A DNA stretch of 64,000 nucleotides from Williopsis jadinii (Eukaryota): contig AP024664.1 of the NCBI GenBank assembly GCA_024346625.1, positions 1,240,001 through 1,304,000 of the forward strand. The letters are read 5' to 3'. A model generated the notes under the pieces. It was not told where the DNA came from. It did no database searches and saw nothing but the letters and a program-made list of their open reading frames with translations. The translations under genes and the position numbers were made by a program. Each line of letters starts with the position of its first letter. The stretch's first letter is position 1. Positions 10,471-22,037 of this stretch are shown in pieces.

Positions 10471-12486
10471 ATGACAGATGAACCGTCATTTGAAGATGTT
10501 ATCAATGATAAAGTCGGGTCTATAACGGACTATATCGAAGAATATCTCGAATCTCACGAGGAGTTCGACCCGTCCAATCTAACACCTACACTGACTGATT
10601 TGTCATTGTTTGACGAACAGTATGGGTTCAAGGAAGTCACTGAAGGTGGTAAAAACCTGTACATGGAGCTGACTTTCTCGAAAGTTCTGGCCAATTTCAT
10701 TAACTTGAGGGATTCTGAGAATAATTATAACTACAGACAAATCTCACTGTTGTTGGAGCTGTCATTTTACTTGAAGAAGAACGGTGAGGCGAGGTTTGAC
10801 CTGCCATATATCTTGGTTTGTCATATCATATCAGGTTTAACGGTGACTTGGCTGTTGGAGTTTTGGCCCTATTTTGACTTGAGGTCGGCGGAGCTCGCTA
10901 TGTTGAAGGATAATGAAAGATTGTCACCAACAAGATCCTCCGGTGTTACAATGATGATCATGTTGAACTTGAAACTCCGTGAGTTAAACTGCAATAACGA
11001 GCCGAAAAGGGATCTCTTGAAGGATCGTATACTCCTGTTCACTGCACAGATATTTGAGCTTTTCAACCGGTCGACAATCAATAAGAGATTTGATCAGAAT
11101 TTGAACTTGAAGAGAGAGCATCACCTGGATAGAAATGAGTCCGGTTCTTTCTTCTCCTTTTGGGACCTACAGGAATTTTTCCAAGATCCACTGCACTTCA
11201 TCCAATCCTTTAGTCGACCAGAGAGCTGTCGAACACAAATTGAATCTGCATTTGACACTGTTCGCCGTATCGAAGAGAAGATACGTAATTCTCCAGGGTT
11301 TGCTCGCAAGAATAAACCACGTGGGAATTCGTTGGAAACCTATGAGGCAGTACATTTCACTGATGAACAAAAGGCTCGCTTGGTGGAGTACTCTCAACGA
11401 GGATTCAACCCTCTCTTCCTGATTGATAAGGAGAAATTCAACGAACAGCTGGAGAATGATACTTCATTTAGAAAGATCTTCCTCGTACAATTGTACATTT
11501 CATTGGCCCATGTCAATCATATTCTGTTCGGCGAGGTTGATCGTATTGTATCACGTCAATTTGAGAGGTTCAAAAGCAAGTACACTCCATCATCTTTAGG
11601 CTTCTTTAAAGATTTGTTGAATAATGTCAAAGCTCTGCTGAAACGCATCTATCCAGAACTGGCAAAAACTTTATCACTTTTGGAAGAACAACAATTGTCC
11701 CTCTTGAACCAAAAGGCTGTTAATTTCAAAAGCTTTGATGTTCTTTTCGAGGACTTTGCCCTGAGTGATGACTTCTGGGACACGTATAAAAAGACGATTG
11801 CCATTAAACCAAGGTATTGGGCGCAATATGGTACTGCTGAGATATCAAACCATTGGAAGATCAAAACTGGACTGGAACTACTCGTCACAGATAAATCTAA
11901 AGGAACAAGGAAAGACATTGAACAAACTTTGGAGACTCTGAGAGGAAGGGCGAAGGACACATTCGGACAAGAGCACGATATGTTACAATGGAAGGCAGTG
12001 AGATTGGCAAAGAGCATTCACCTGTTCAAATACGCACATACCAACGCCTCTACAGGGGTAGAAGGTCTTTTCGATCCAAGCCTGAAGAACTCATTTGACC
12101 AAGAAGTGTCGAACAAGGATGAAGAGAAGGAAAACATGTACGTCAACTTGGAAGAAGCTGAGTCTAAGAGACAAAGGCAACTGGATGACGTTAAGAAACA
12201 GCTGGAACTAAGGAAATCCGAAGAAGAGGCCAAGCGCAAGGAGCTCGAGGCCTTGAGACACACAGAGTCACAGCAAAAGCCCTCCTCCACAGCAGCTGAA
12301 GTCGCTGGCTCTGATGGAGAGGGATCCGAGGAACACGGTGATGACAATATTGAGAAGAAGCGGAAGGCGAGCAGCGAGGAGCTCACGGGCTCACCAGATA
12401 ACAAGAGACAGCGTGTACAGCACGACTCGTCCCGCACCGACACAGCAGTATCGAACTCGAGTATACTAGATGACTTGCCCTATTAG
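10471..12486 (+). CDS. HPR1: THO complex subunit Hpr1/THOC1-like
   Basis: Long ORF with SFFSFWDLQEFFQDP, FRKIFLVQLYI, YWAQYGTAEISNHW and QWKAVRL segments resembling THOC1; charged C-terminal tail. Confidence 0.65.
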   Translation: MTDEPSFEDVINDKVGSITDYIEEYLESHEEFDPSNLTPTLTDLSLFDEQYGFKEVTEGGKNLYMELTFSKVLANFINLRDSENNYNYRQISLLLELSFYLKKNGEARFDLPYILVCHIISGLTVTWLLEFWPYFDLRSAELAMLKDNERLSPTRSSGVTMMIMLNLKLRELNCNNEPKRDLLKDRILLFTAQIFELFNRSTINKRFDQNLNLKREHHLDRNESGSFFSFWDLQEFFQDPLHFIQSFSRPESCRTQIESAFDTVRRIEEKIRNSPGFARKNKPRGNSLETYEAVHFTDEQKARLVEYSQRGFNPLFLIDKEKFNEQLENDTSFRKIFLVQLYISLAHVNHILFGEVDRIVSRQFERFKSKYTPSSLGFFKDLLNNVKALLKRIYPELAKTLSLLEEQQLSLLNQKAVNFKSFDVLFEDFALSDDFWDTYKKTIAIKPRYWAQYGTAEISNHWKIKTGLELLVTDKSKGTRKDIEQTLETLRGRAKDTFGQEHDMLQWKAVRLAKSIHLFKYAHTNASTGVEGLFDPSLKNSFDQEVSNKDEEKENMYVNLEEAESKRQRQLDDVKKQLELRKSEEEAKRKELEALRHTESQQKPSSTAAEVAGSDGEGSEEHGDDNIEKKRKASSEELTGSPDNKRQRVQHDSSRTDTAVSNSSILDDLPY

Positions 12487-13017
12487 ACCGACCAGTGCCA
12501 TATTACGACGCCCATTCACCTGTTGACCCGTAGTAGTAGTAGTGCTTATGCTGTTGCCATGTTGGCAGTGCCCCATGCGATAGTGTCCCACACGACAGCG
12601 CCCACACAACGCCCACACAGCGCCCACACGGCAATAACGTTGAGGTATTTCCGACCACCGGCAGTAGGGTAACTCGGACTTATCAGTGACCCGATTGGGA
12701 CAAGTGCGAAAGATAAGAAAACGATCCTATGGGAGAGTACCGTAATCGTATCATAGACCGTATGGTTTCCGCTTTCTGATACACAGCGCGCCGGATTTAG
12801 GGCGTCCTGGATCTTCGGGTCCTCTTTCACTTGAGCTGTGCTGTTTGATTGCAGAGTGTGCTACCTTGTTTCTTTTGGTCGACAGGTCTTGTTCTCTCCT
12901 TTTGGAAATTTTGAGCTGTTGCAAGTTTTTCTTTGTGTATTTACAATCTTCAACACTGGAGCCATTACCCTGGAGCCGCCTGAGTCTGCCTATTGCCTGG
13001 TGAGAGCGCGCGTGTCG

Positions 13018-15240
13018 ATGATGAATGGAGACCTGGAGCCTGTGACGAGCATCAACAGAGTGATCAACGGCACAACCCATGCCACCAGTAACGGTACCGC
13101 TGTGCCGGTGAGCCATTCTCCAGCTCCGACACCCACCGGAGCTGGCACGACGACTGTACACGGGGACGAGACACATAGCAAGGCAACAAAGAGAAGGCCG
13201 AGAAGATCGTACAACTGCGGTCCTTGTAAACGTCAGAAGATCAAGTGTGATACAAACATCCCGTGTGGAGCGTGCACGAGACACAACAGGATCGACCAGT
13301 GCCTGGCCTCGCCGCCAAACCCACCTTCACCGGATCACAAGAAACGGGTTAGAAAGCAGTCGCTTTCATCCTTTGGGCAGCTGCCTAATGACTTGCCGCT
13401 GCCATACGTACCCAAGGCTACACCTTTCACGACTCCAAGGACAAGTGCCACGACTTTAACCACGCCGCCTGTTCCAGAGCACAGCCAGATGAGACTACCT
13501 TCGCTACAGGCACATACCTCGAGCTTCCAGCTTGATTCTGTGCCTCAGAGAATCAACTACCCAAAGCCCTGGGATCAGCCGGTGTTCTCTCTGAGCCATT
13601 CAAGTAGCAACCGTGATGAAGAGGTGACTGAGTTGAAGAGCCAAGTGGCTCTTCTGACTGACAGATTGGTGACTCTGGAGTCCAAGTTATCGAGTACAGT
13701 AACGTCTTCCCGTGCCGATCACTCAACTACCATTCAAGACGTTATCCAGATATTCCCAGAGATGAATGTATTGCACAACCTTGTTGAATTCTTCAAGGTC
13801 TATCTCAATAAACCTCTGGAGATTGTTGATAACAAGCTGGTTGATACCAGATTTCAATCGTTTAGAGGCTTGTCGAGTACCTCTGTTCCGGATGCAAACG
13901 ACTGGGAAACCGTGGCTCTGGTGGCTATAATTGCTGCTCTGACGGTATTGCACTATCCAATTCAAAATGTACAAAATGAACTGCACATGACTATGGATAA
14001 CGTTATCTCTTACTCTAACTCTCTGTTAAAGGTTTCCAAAACTGCGTTGAACAACGTCAAGTACAAGGAGTCACCAAAGTTGATTCACATACAGATATTG
14101 TTACTCTCCGACATCTCCTTGAAGCTGTTTAATAAGAAGAACCTTATGATGGCAATGGACTCTGAGCTGGTCTCCATGTCCTACGTTCTCGGCCTTCAAA
14201 GCGCAAAAGTTCCCCAGAATGCTCTTGAGTGGGAAGTACCTCAGAAGATATGGTGGCTGATTTGTCATAACGATATAAAGAACTCACTGAGATTCTCAAT
14301 TCCAAACTTGATTAGATTGGATAGGTTAGCCAGTGATCCTGTTGGCAATTCTCATATCTTGAAAGCGTTCATATCAGCGGAGAAGACTGATCATGAATCA
14401 ATCATGACTCATATTGCCAAGTTGACTATAATCTGCAATGATATTCCTACTTCAGTGGGGTCATCATTAGCAGAGTACCTTGAGAACTTGATCATGGTGG
14501 ATCGCCAACTTACCGGCTATCGTATACCACCTTCTTTCAATCTAAGCAACCCACGAAATGACATAATTAGGAACATGCAAAGCATCTATCTGCATTTCTT
14601 TTTGTTGATGGTGAGGTTCAGAGTATACCATAAAATCTACTTCAGCAACCCAAACAACGGTATCTGGTTCATCATGCTGTCGATTATGGAGTCATTCTTG
14701 AAGATGTACAACGAGCTCAGAAAGCTGTACCCACCAAGGGAATTTTTGAACCATTACATTCAAATCGCCGAGTACCCTATCATATGTACCATTATCAACT
14801 TGATCATCATGTGTACAAGTCCAGATCTGTTGCCTCAGGGCTTAAAAGACGTTATGATGAACTATTTGGCAACAATGATGGAAGACCTGGAGTTGCTCCG
14901 CTCAACTGTCTTCAACGAAAAGATACCGTTCTACAGCAAGGCTCTTTCGACGATTCAACGCCTCGCGCAGTATATGAGACAAGTCCCATCCATGGCCGTA
15001 AATAAAACTCACAGAACAACACAATCAGATTTGACCCAGGAGTTGAAAGAGTCCAAGGTGTTTGAGTCGTTAGAATCGAGTGCTGGTCTCGTTCCGTCTA
15101 ACGACTTCTTCAACATCTACTTTAGAACAATCTCACACCACTCAAGAACAAATACAAGAACAACGTCTGTGCAGAGTTGGAAGCTATCAGAGATATTGGC
15201 AGAAGATGAGATCAATTTCCTTTCGTGCCTAGGCCTCTAA
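13018..15240 (+). CDS. Zn(II)2Cys6 transcription factor
   Basis: CGPCKRQKIKCDTNIPCGACTRHNRIDQC, a coiled coil, and a middle homology region (KIWWLICHND). Confidence 0.88.
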   Translation: MMNGDLEPVTSINRVINGTTHATSNGTAVPVSHSPAPTPTGAGTTTVHGDETHSKATKRRPRRSYNCGPCKRQKIKCDTNIPCGACTRHNRIDQCLASPPNPPSPDHKKRVRKQSLSSFGQLPNDLPLPYVPKATPFTTPRTSATTLTTPPVPEHSQMRLPSLQAHTSSFQLDSVPQRINYPKPWDQPVFSLSHSSSNRDEEVTELKSQVALLTDRLVTLESKLSSTVTSSRADHSTTIQDVIQIFPEMNVLHNLVEFFKVYLNKPLEIVDNKLVDTRFQSFRGLSSTSVPDANDWETVALVAIIAALTVLHYPIQNVQNELHMTMDNVISYSNSLLKVSKTALNNVKYKESPKLIHIQILLLSDISLKLFNKKNLMMAMDSELVSMSYVLGLQSAKVPQNALEWEVPQKIWWLICHNDIKNSLRFSIPNLIRLDRLASDPVGNSHILKAFISAEKTDHESIMTHIAKLTIICNDIPTSVGSSLAEYLENLIMVDRQLTGYRIPPSFNLSNPRNDIIRNMQSIYLHFFLLMVRFRVYHKIYFSNPNNGIWFIMLSIMESFLKMYNELRKLYPPREFLNHYIQIAEYPIICTIINLIIMCTSPDLLPQGLKDVMMNYLATMMEDLELLRSTVFNEKIPFYSKALSTIQRLAQYMRQVPSMAVNKTHRTTQSDLTQELKESKVFESLESSAGLVPSNDFFNIYFRTISHHSRTNTRTTSVQSWKLSEILAEDEINFLSCLGL

Positions 15241-15532
15241 CGCTCAGAAACACACACACACCCCGGCCTGACCCTTGTTATATTAGCAAATCGTACATAG
15301 TTTGTTAATAATTGTGACAAAGTTTGTATATATATCCGTTGCGTAGTATCGGCGATATACGGAGAAAAGCACCACGTCTCTTGCTCTTTCTTTTTTTCTG
15401 GGGAAAAAACGTTGGGCACTTCCGAGAAATCTCCGGGTATAAACAAAGAAAAACTCAAAATTGGAACAGCTTCTCACCTTTCTCTCTCTTTCTCACTCCA
15501 CTCGTATTCTCTATCATTTTAAGAACTTCGCC

Positions 15533-15814
15533 ATGTCTGAGAACAAAAAAACCTTCCACAAGACTACTGATCCTTCTAAGACCAAACACGGTGCCTCGCA
15601 ACAAGCTGCGAAGTCTGCGCTTCCCCCAGGCATTCAAAACCTTTTGGCAAGATGGAACGCATTACCTACAAAAGTTCGTCTGTACGTGGGTGTATCCACT
15701 TTCATGGTGGCATTCTGCGCTGACAGATATCTAACATATACTGAGAATCAACAAAAGAAGGGCAAGGTGATAGTGAAACAACTTGGGAGCTTGTCCTCTG
15801 AGCAGCAAACGTAA
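15533..15814 (+). CDS. Small (93 aa) single-pass membrane protein, unknown function
   Basis: ATG in good context after TATAAA and a pyrimidine-rich leader; one hydrophobic segment (VRLYVGVSTFMVAFCA). Confidence 0.55.
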   Translation: MSENKKTFHKTTDPSKTKHGASQQAAKSALPPGIQNLLARWNALPTKVRLYVGVSTFMVAFCADRYLTYTENQQKKGKVIVKQLGSLSSEQQT

Positions 15815-16173
15815 GATGTGTGTGTAAACCATCAGGCCATTTGGGCATGTTACAGTCAGGCATGTAACAGACAAGACGCACTTGCATATTTCTCAGTTTG
15901 ACCAGGCTCTGGAACGTGCCGCACATTCCATAGCTTGTTATTCTATCAGCATGGTGTTTGATATGCTCTTGCTGAACTATTTATCTATTTATCGTAACAC
16001 ATCGGTGACACGGTTGTGTTGTATCTATTTATCTTGGAACGTTTTGTAGAGGTTTATGCAGTGGGAAAAGAACGCGCTTTCTTAACTTTCAAAGATTTAT
16101 GGTTCGTAACATTGATGTTTGATTTTCATTATATGTGGTGAAAAACTCGTCACTCTTGCATTATTACCTGGGC

Positions 16174-19100
16174 TCAGTTCTCGATAGTTGTAGTAACCGG
16201 TTGTGACGGTCCTTCAACAATAGCACTATTGTCAGCAGGTTCTGGATCGGCTGGTAACTCCTTCCCGATGTTGTCAAGAATCGATGACTTGTGCTTGAGA
16301 ACAGTTTCAATTGACGCAAATATACTCTTTGAAGAGTAGTCCTCGGATGCATCAAACTCACACAGGTCATAAATCTGTAGAAGGTACTTTGGAACGACGG
16401 AGAGCTCCTCGTTGTGTCCAATCAAATAATCAACAACTTCAATAGCGAGGTAATAATTCTCACCTTCGTTTTCGGCAAACGCATCAAAGTAAGTGGCTGC
16501 AACTGCCTTTCCGTTTGTAGATGGTCTCTCTACTTCACTTGGTTTAGGATATAGAACATTAGGCGATAACACTGTCGCCAAATTATGAACATCCATTTTC
16601 GATCCGTTCTGCTCGTCAATGTTTGAAAAGGATGAAGCCCACATGAAGAAGAAAAACAAAACCTCGGCTAAATCACGGTGAGGTTTGGGTAATAGAGAGT
16701 AACACAATTCAAAGAACGTTCTCTTCATCGTTGAATCAGATATCTTCTGGGACACAATCCAGAGGTCAAACAATCTAAAGGTCAACAATGGGTTTGGCAT
16801 TTCTCTCAAGAACCTCTTGAGCAAAGCTGATAATTGTATCACATTTTCTTTCTGAAGATCAGGAATATTCGATGGGTTTGCATCAATTCGTTCAACAAGT
16901 TCTCTCAAGTTCTTCAAATTACCATTTTTTCTGAAAACACCCTCCACAGACATATCCTTTTGGTATAGTGCAGTCAAAAGGTCATCAATCAGAAGTGGAA
17001 TTCTAACCTTTGAAGGTCCATTACTTTGTGAAGATTCCACGCCAGTTTTTGAGACCAGAAGTATCAAATCTGATCCAAAAACACGGTTGATATTAGCAGT
17101 TTTCTTCTCCCCTCCCAATCCTTTCAATTTATCCCAGAACGTTGGGGTCTTCTTCAAATCAATTAATTTGCTGGTATCAATATCTGAGTTGATTCTCTGC
17201 TTGGACAACAAATAGTTAAGAGCTGCAATAGAAATATGACTCAAGATGCATAACTCCCTCTCAGAAAGCTGAGAATAGTACTTCACAGGAATCTCCTTTA
17301 TTGAAGGCGCTTTGTGGCTTGTAGGAGACTTTGTACGGTATAATGATCCACTATTCGGTTTCAAACCCTTGAAGAGACCCTCTTCTGCATGAGGATTATG
17401 ATATTTGTATGTGTTAGGTCTGAGTTCTCGTGCATGTTCCGCAGCGACAATTCTTGGAATATCGTCTAGCGTCAAGACTTTCTGATTCATAATCACATTC
17501 TTAGCTCTGTGGAAACTCCGTTTACTTAAAGAAGGGCCGACCAGTCCATCTTCGACAGAAACCTTCTGCTGTAACAAATTCTCCTCCGACTCCATGGTGA
17601 CGTGTGATCTCTCAAGTTCATCTTTAGACTTATTGACTGTTTCCACAACCATCGACCTTCTTGCAACATCTTGCGACGAAATATCGGTGATTTTGGTGTT
17701 CTGTCTCGTTGATCTCAGTCTCTTAATTTCATTTAATGTCTTTCTGTAGTTGTGTTCGGACTCCTCAGTAGCTCTAGCTTCTGGTTGGCTGTTTGTCTGC
17801 TTTCCCTCGTGTTCATAATCCATGACAGCCTTCGATCTCACAATGGCAATCTTCATCAAGTAACTCAACTGCATAAGTTTGGACACGGACTTGAAACCGG
17901 GCTTCGCATCTGGATCATCAATTGCACACTGTGCACATAAAACCCAATTGCTGTTTGAATTGAACGATGCATCACTAATACCACCATGGGATTGCAAATT
18001 TTTATGGCAATTCGTACACTGTAAACAATCAATGTGCCATCTCTTATCTTGGTACTGAATACAATTAGACTCAATACTCTTCTGACAGCGAAAACAAAGG
18101 TCTGATGCATCCAGGGGAATTTCTAGTGCAGATAGTGCATCTTTCGGTACACTCTCGTGGTTCCTCACTTCCCTTAAGAATTTATCAAGAGCATTAGTTG
18201 TGTGCGATGACTTGTTGTACTGTAACGAGTTATTAAGTCCATAGCGTATTAACAGCTTGAGATAATGAGCCAATCCTGTAATGACAGACAAAATAAGATC
18301 TTGAGATTTGCTACTGTCCGCCAAACCTTTGCTCGTTTTTCTGAGAATGGCAAGATAAATCATCACTTTTGCTGAGAAATTTCTCGGTTCCTTCTTCAAA
18401 GTCTGAAATGTAACATCTTCATTGTTAGAGATAGAGAGTGTAGCCAACGAGGAGGTGGTGTTACCGCCCTCAATTCCAAGACGGTGTAAACTTTCTAGAC
18501 TCTTAAACAATGCATCAACTTTTAGCACCAATTTAGCAGTAGCTGCTAGACCTCTTGCTTGGTCCTGAGCAGTCGCATACTGCAACATATCCGAGATACA
18601 CATGGCCGTGTCTTCTTCGAATTGAAATAGCGCTGACCATATCTCAGATATCTTCTCTGATGCTTTCCCCTCCATTGATATTAGTTGATCTGGTGTTGGA
18701 TTGGTATCTGGTAATGATTTAATGTTTTCGGGTGTTGGATCCACTTTTGGAAAAGATATTAGGCCTATAGTACTCGGTGTGATTGCCACGTTCCAACACT
18801 TGTGTATCATATAACACTCAACATGCCATTTCTGATTTCGACCACCTCTGGAGATTTCGACATACTGTTTGAGAATTGCAAATTCGCAACCTTCACAGCG
18901 GTCAATGAAGAACTTTGAGAAATGGTAATGACAATATATATCGTTCTCGTGATTGAAAAAATCCTCATCAGCATCGAATTTTTTAGAACAAATCTTACAG
19001 CAGAAATGTTCGGCGTCGTATTTCCTTCCAAAGACTGTGTAATGTATACCCTTCAAGTAAGAATTACAAATACAACATATTAAGCCTCTCCTCTTGTAGA

Positions 19101-20061
19101 AATGTTCTTCACAGAGCGGGATCTTTGTTCCATCATCTAATTCGAAGGGGAAGTACTTTGATAAGATTGGAGTTCCGCATTCTGCACAACGAAAACAATC
19201 GGTATGGTATCTCTTCCCCAGTGCCTTAACTGATTTTGTAGTTATTGGCTTTTGACATGTAGCACAGATAGAGCTCTCCCTTGAAGACTTCTCAGTAGTT
19301 GATGAGTTATTTGAAACAATTTGCTTCGACGGTGTGCTCACAGAGGACACGTTCGGTGTAGATATGTTGGGTAAAGAAGATGGCGTGCTTTGAACGTGTT
19401 GTATCTGACGCTGACTGGTCCCTGAATATTGAGATACATCAGAAGGTCGCTGATGATGATTATGGTAAGGTTGTTGAAAGCGGTCCTGTCGTTGCTGATG
19501 TTCATTTGGTGTCTGATATTGATATTGGTGTGTCTTCTGGAAATTTGCATCTGGTGGTCTTTGACGAGGCGTCTCAGGTGGGTTCATCTGGGATGGATAA
19601 GCTTTTTGCTGTTGTTGGTTTAGAGGTTGTCCTTGGTGCTGATGTTGATATTTGTACGGATCTTGGTGGTCATGGGCATGGGACCTGGTACGTATCTGCT
19701 CTAAATGGCCTTGGAATTCGTGGACCTGGTTGTCATTTGGTACGGGCGGTATGAGTTTCAAGTACTGTGATTTCTTCCTCGAGCGGGTAGCCGTTGGAAT
19801 ATCTGCAGTGATCAGTGATTGGTTCAGACTCCGTGATGAGGCAGCCCGCGACAGCTGGTTACTATTGCCATTCTTACTGTTCATTTTGGGACTATCAAAC
19901 TGGCTCGACAGCATTGGAGACGTTGCATTGTACGTGTATCCACCTCTTGACGGGTAAGCACCTGGCACGCTAAACGCCGGCGGTATTTGGTTCAACGCGT
20001 TATCGCTGTTGTTGCTCTTGGGATCGCAATTCTGATCCGCGGATCTTCTATGCTGTGGCAT
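16174..20061 (-). CDS. LRG1: LIM-domain Rho GTPase-activating protein
   Basis: Several LIM zinc fingers (CATCQKPI...YHTDCFRCAEC) and a C-terminal RhoGAP domain (VEGVFRKNG, LLKRFLREMPNPLL, KMDVHNLATV). Confidence 0.9.
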   Translation of the reverse strand: MPQHRRSADQNCDPKSNNSDNALNQIPPAFSVPGAYPSRGGYTYNATSPMLSSQFDSPKMNSKNGNSNQLSRAASSRSLNQSLITADIPTATRSRKKSQYLKLIPPVPNDNQVHEFQGHLEQIRTRSHAHDHQDPYKYQHQHQGQPLNQQQQKAYPSQMNPPETPRQRPPDANFQKTHQYQYQTPNEHQQRQDRFQQPYHNHHQRPSDVSQYSGTSQRQIQHVQSTPSSLPNISTPNVSSVSTPSKQIVSNNSSTTEKSSRESSICATCQKPITTKSVKALGKRYHTDCFRCAECGTPILSKYFPFELDDGTKIPLCEEHFYKRRGLICCICNSYLKGIHYTVFGRKYDAEHFCCKICSKKFDADEDFFNHENDIYCHYHFSKFFIDRCEGCEFAILKQYVEISRGGRNQKWHVECYMIHKCWNVAITPSTIGLISFPKVDPTPENIKSLPDTNPTPDQLISMEGKASEKISEIWSALFQFEEDTAMCISDMLQYATAQDQARGLAATAKLVLKVDALFKSLESLHRLGIEGGNTTSSLATLSISNNEDVTFQTLKKEPRNFSAKVMIYLAILRKTSKGLADSSKSQDLILSVITGLAHYLKLLIRYGLNNSLQYNKSSHTTNALDKFLREVRNHESVPKDALSALEIPLDASDLCFRCQKSIESNCIQYQDKRWHIDCLQCTNCHKNLQSHGGISDASFNSNSNWVLCAQCAIDDPDAKPGFKSVSKLMQLSYLMKIAIVRSKAVMDYEHEGKQTNSQPEARATEESEHNYRKTLNEIKRLRSTRQNTKITDISSQDVARRSMVVETVNKSKDELERSHVTMESEENLLQQKVSVEDGLVGPSLSKRSFHRAKNVIMNQKVLTLDDIPRIVAAEHARELRPNTYKYHNPHAEEGLFKGLKPNSGSLYRTKSPTSHKAPSIKEIPVKYYSQLSERELCILSHISIAALNYLLSKQRINSDIDTSKLIDLKKTPTFWDKLKGLGGEKKTANINRVFGSDLILLVSKTGVESSQSNGPSKVRIPLLIDDLLTALYQKDMSVEGVFRKNGNLKNLRELVERIDANPSNIPDLQKENVIQLSALLKRFLREMPNPLLTFRLFDLWIVSQKISDSTMKRTFFELCYSLLPKPHRDLAEVLFFFFMWASSFSNIDEQNGSKMDVHNLATVLSPNVLYPKPSEVERPSTNGKAVAATYFDAFAENEGENYYLAIEVVDYLIGHNEELSVVPKYLLQIYDLCEFDASEDYSSKSIFASIETVLKHKSSILDNIGKELPADPEPADNSAIVEGPSQPVTTTIEN

Positions 20062-22037
20062 GCTCTGTGTGTGGTCTCAGCAGAGTGTTGAATTTGAGTT
20101 CAAAAAGAGTGCTCCAGTAGGTCAAGTTAAAGGAATGAATGGTCAAGCTCTTTATGGTTCTAATCAACCAAACAACTCTTGTGGTATAATATATTAATAA
20201 TGCACGTTATATCGGTGACCCGTTGCGTTGAGTATGGCAGTAACCCTAAAAGTGTGAGAGGGGGGAACAGAAACAAGTGAAGCCCGTATTGTCAACACAA
20301 CAACAAAGACACACGGCACAAAACGATCAAGGGCTCGAAAGAGATATCGCCTTATGACTCGTCTCCCGTTTGAGACACTCTCACCACTCTGTGTTGAAGG
20401 AAGCAACAGCAACTGGCAGTGCGTCCTCTGGAAGTGTGCTTGTAATCGACCCTTCAGAGAGGAAAACACACAAGGGGAAACAAAAACAAAAACAAAACCG
20501 TCAACAGAATTAACGGTATAGGTCAACCAGCGAATATGCGTGATAAAGAAAGGGGGAAACGGGCTCTTTTGAGTCGACTTCTCTGTTTCTCTAGGATCCC
20601 TTTGAGAAACGCTCTCCCTTCTCTGGATCCAACGGTTCGTATGAGCGATTGCAGGAGTGTGTGGCACGAGAGGGAGGTTTTTTGGTTTTTGTTTTTTGGT
20701 TTTTGTTTTTTTCTTTGGCCCTGTTGTTTTGATTTTGTGTGTGTTAGAAAATGCGCACCTTTACCAAAATGGGGGTGAGCGAGGTACAAGCGCTGCGCAA
20801 AACGTCATTTTCCAACCAAAACCCACGCCAAAAATAAACTGAAAAATATTTGGGCTGCGGGTTCTGCGTAAGGATGCCTGCAAAGGCGGCCATTGGACAT
20901 CCCTTTTCGGTGAGATGTTTTCAAATTGCAAAGGTTGGGAAGAAGAAATGGGGATAATTAGTTCAGGGGACACATTTTTTAGGCGTAAATCGAGCTGTAG
21001 GGTAGAGGTTTTGGTGGTTTCTACAGCGACTAAAATTGGGACCTTGTCCACGGACAGACGAAGGCAACTGTTGGATACCGAGACGGTCCACACAGAGGGG
21101 GTAGCGATGCTGTTATATATATTTGTGTTTCAACGGTTTCGAGACTGTATGTACGCGGACGTTGCCTAAGAACTCTATAGGGTCAATCACGGAGCTAATC
21201 GTGCGGTCTGTGGTGGTTGGGATGTCTCAGCAATCTGCATTCCCGCTATGATTGTTTGCAAAGTACCACGCCATTTGGGGAGAGTGGGTGGGAACCATTT
21301 TCGCGCATTATCCAATCTGCTGTGACATCTCCCGTAGGAAAGTGCTGACCGTACCCTTATACCAGTCAGCAATTCGGCGATTTCAAACCCTCTTCTTGGA
21401 ATTTCAAGCTAAACCATACCCAGTGCACCGTCCATTGTTCACCGCCATCACCTCCGCTCCCTCCCACCGTGCCCAATTAAATGTTAATGCGTAAGGCGTG
21501 CACCACTACCATCACCGGTATGAACGGTAGGCACACTTCTGAAGCCGAGTGTGGCACAATACCAATTCTGCCAATTTTTCTGCGTGTAGATAAGCAAGAA
21601 CAATCACGACAAAGCGGTTTTAGCAGTTGACCCGTTTCTTCTCCGTTGACACAAAAGATTTAGGGTATAAACACCAAGTATCCTTATCAAATTATACTCC
21701 CGGGGCGCTAAGTCAGTGAGTATTCTCTCTTTCTCATCGCATCTTATACTATCTAAGACTTGTTTCGAAGAATCAAAGCTCAAAGATACTAATACGTCTT
21801 GTGCCAGCGCTATCAGTGTTTGTTTTTCAATTCTGGACGCCACACAGGAGGTATCTACATAGAAGGCTATAAGCAAGAGAGGAATCAGTGGGGACTTAAC
21901 AGCTTGTTGACTTTCTCATTAGCGGTTAGCTTGGGATCGGTTGGATTGTGTGTGTGGAGGTGCTTGTTTTCTTTATCCTTTCTTGATCTGTTGGATCCTT
22001 GCCTGGCTCTCTTCTACTCAAAAGATAGCATTCGAAC

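Noticed and set aside
20460..20740. A/T-rich low-complexity runs upstream of LRG1
   Set aside because: Typical nucleosome-depleted promoter tracts; the overlapping short ORFs are spurious.
21604..21876. 90-aa minus-strand ORF upstream of ATG2
   Set aside because: No ATG start, no recognisable domain, and little room for a first exon.
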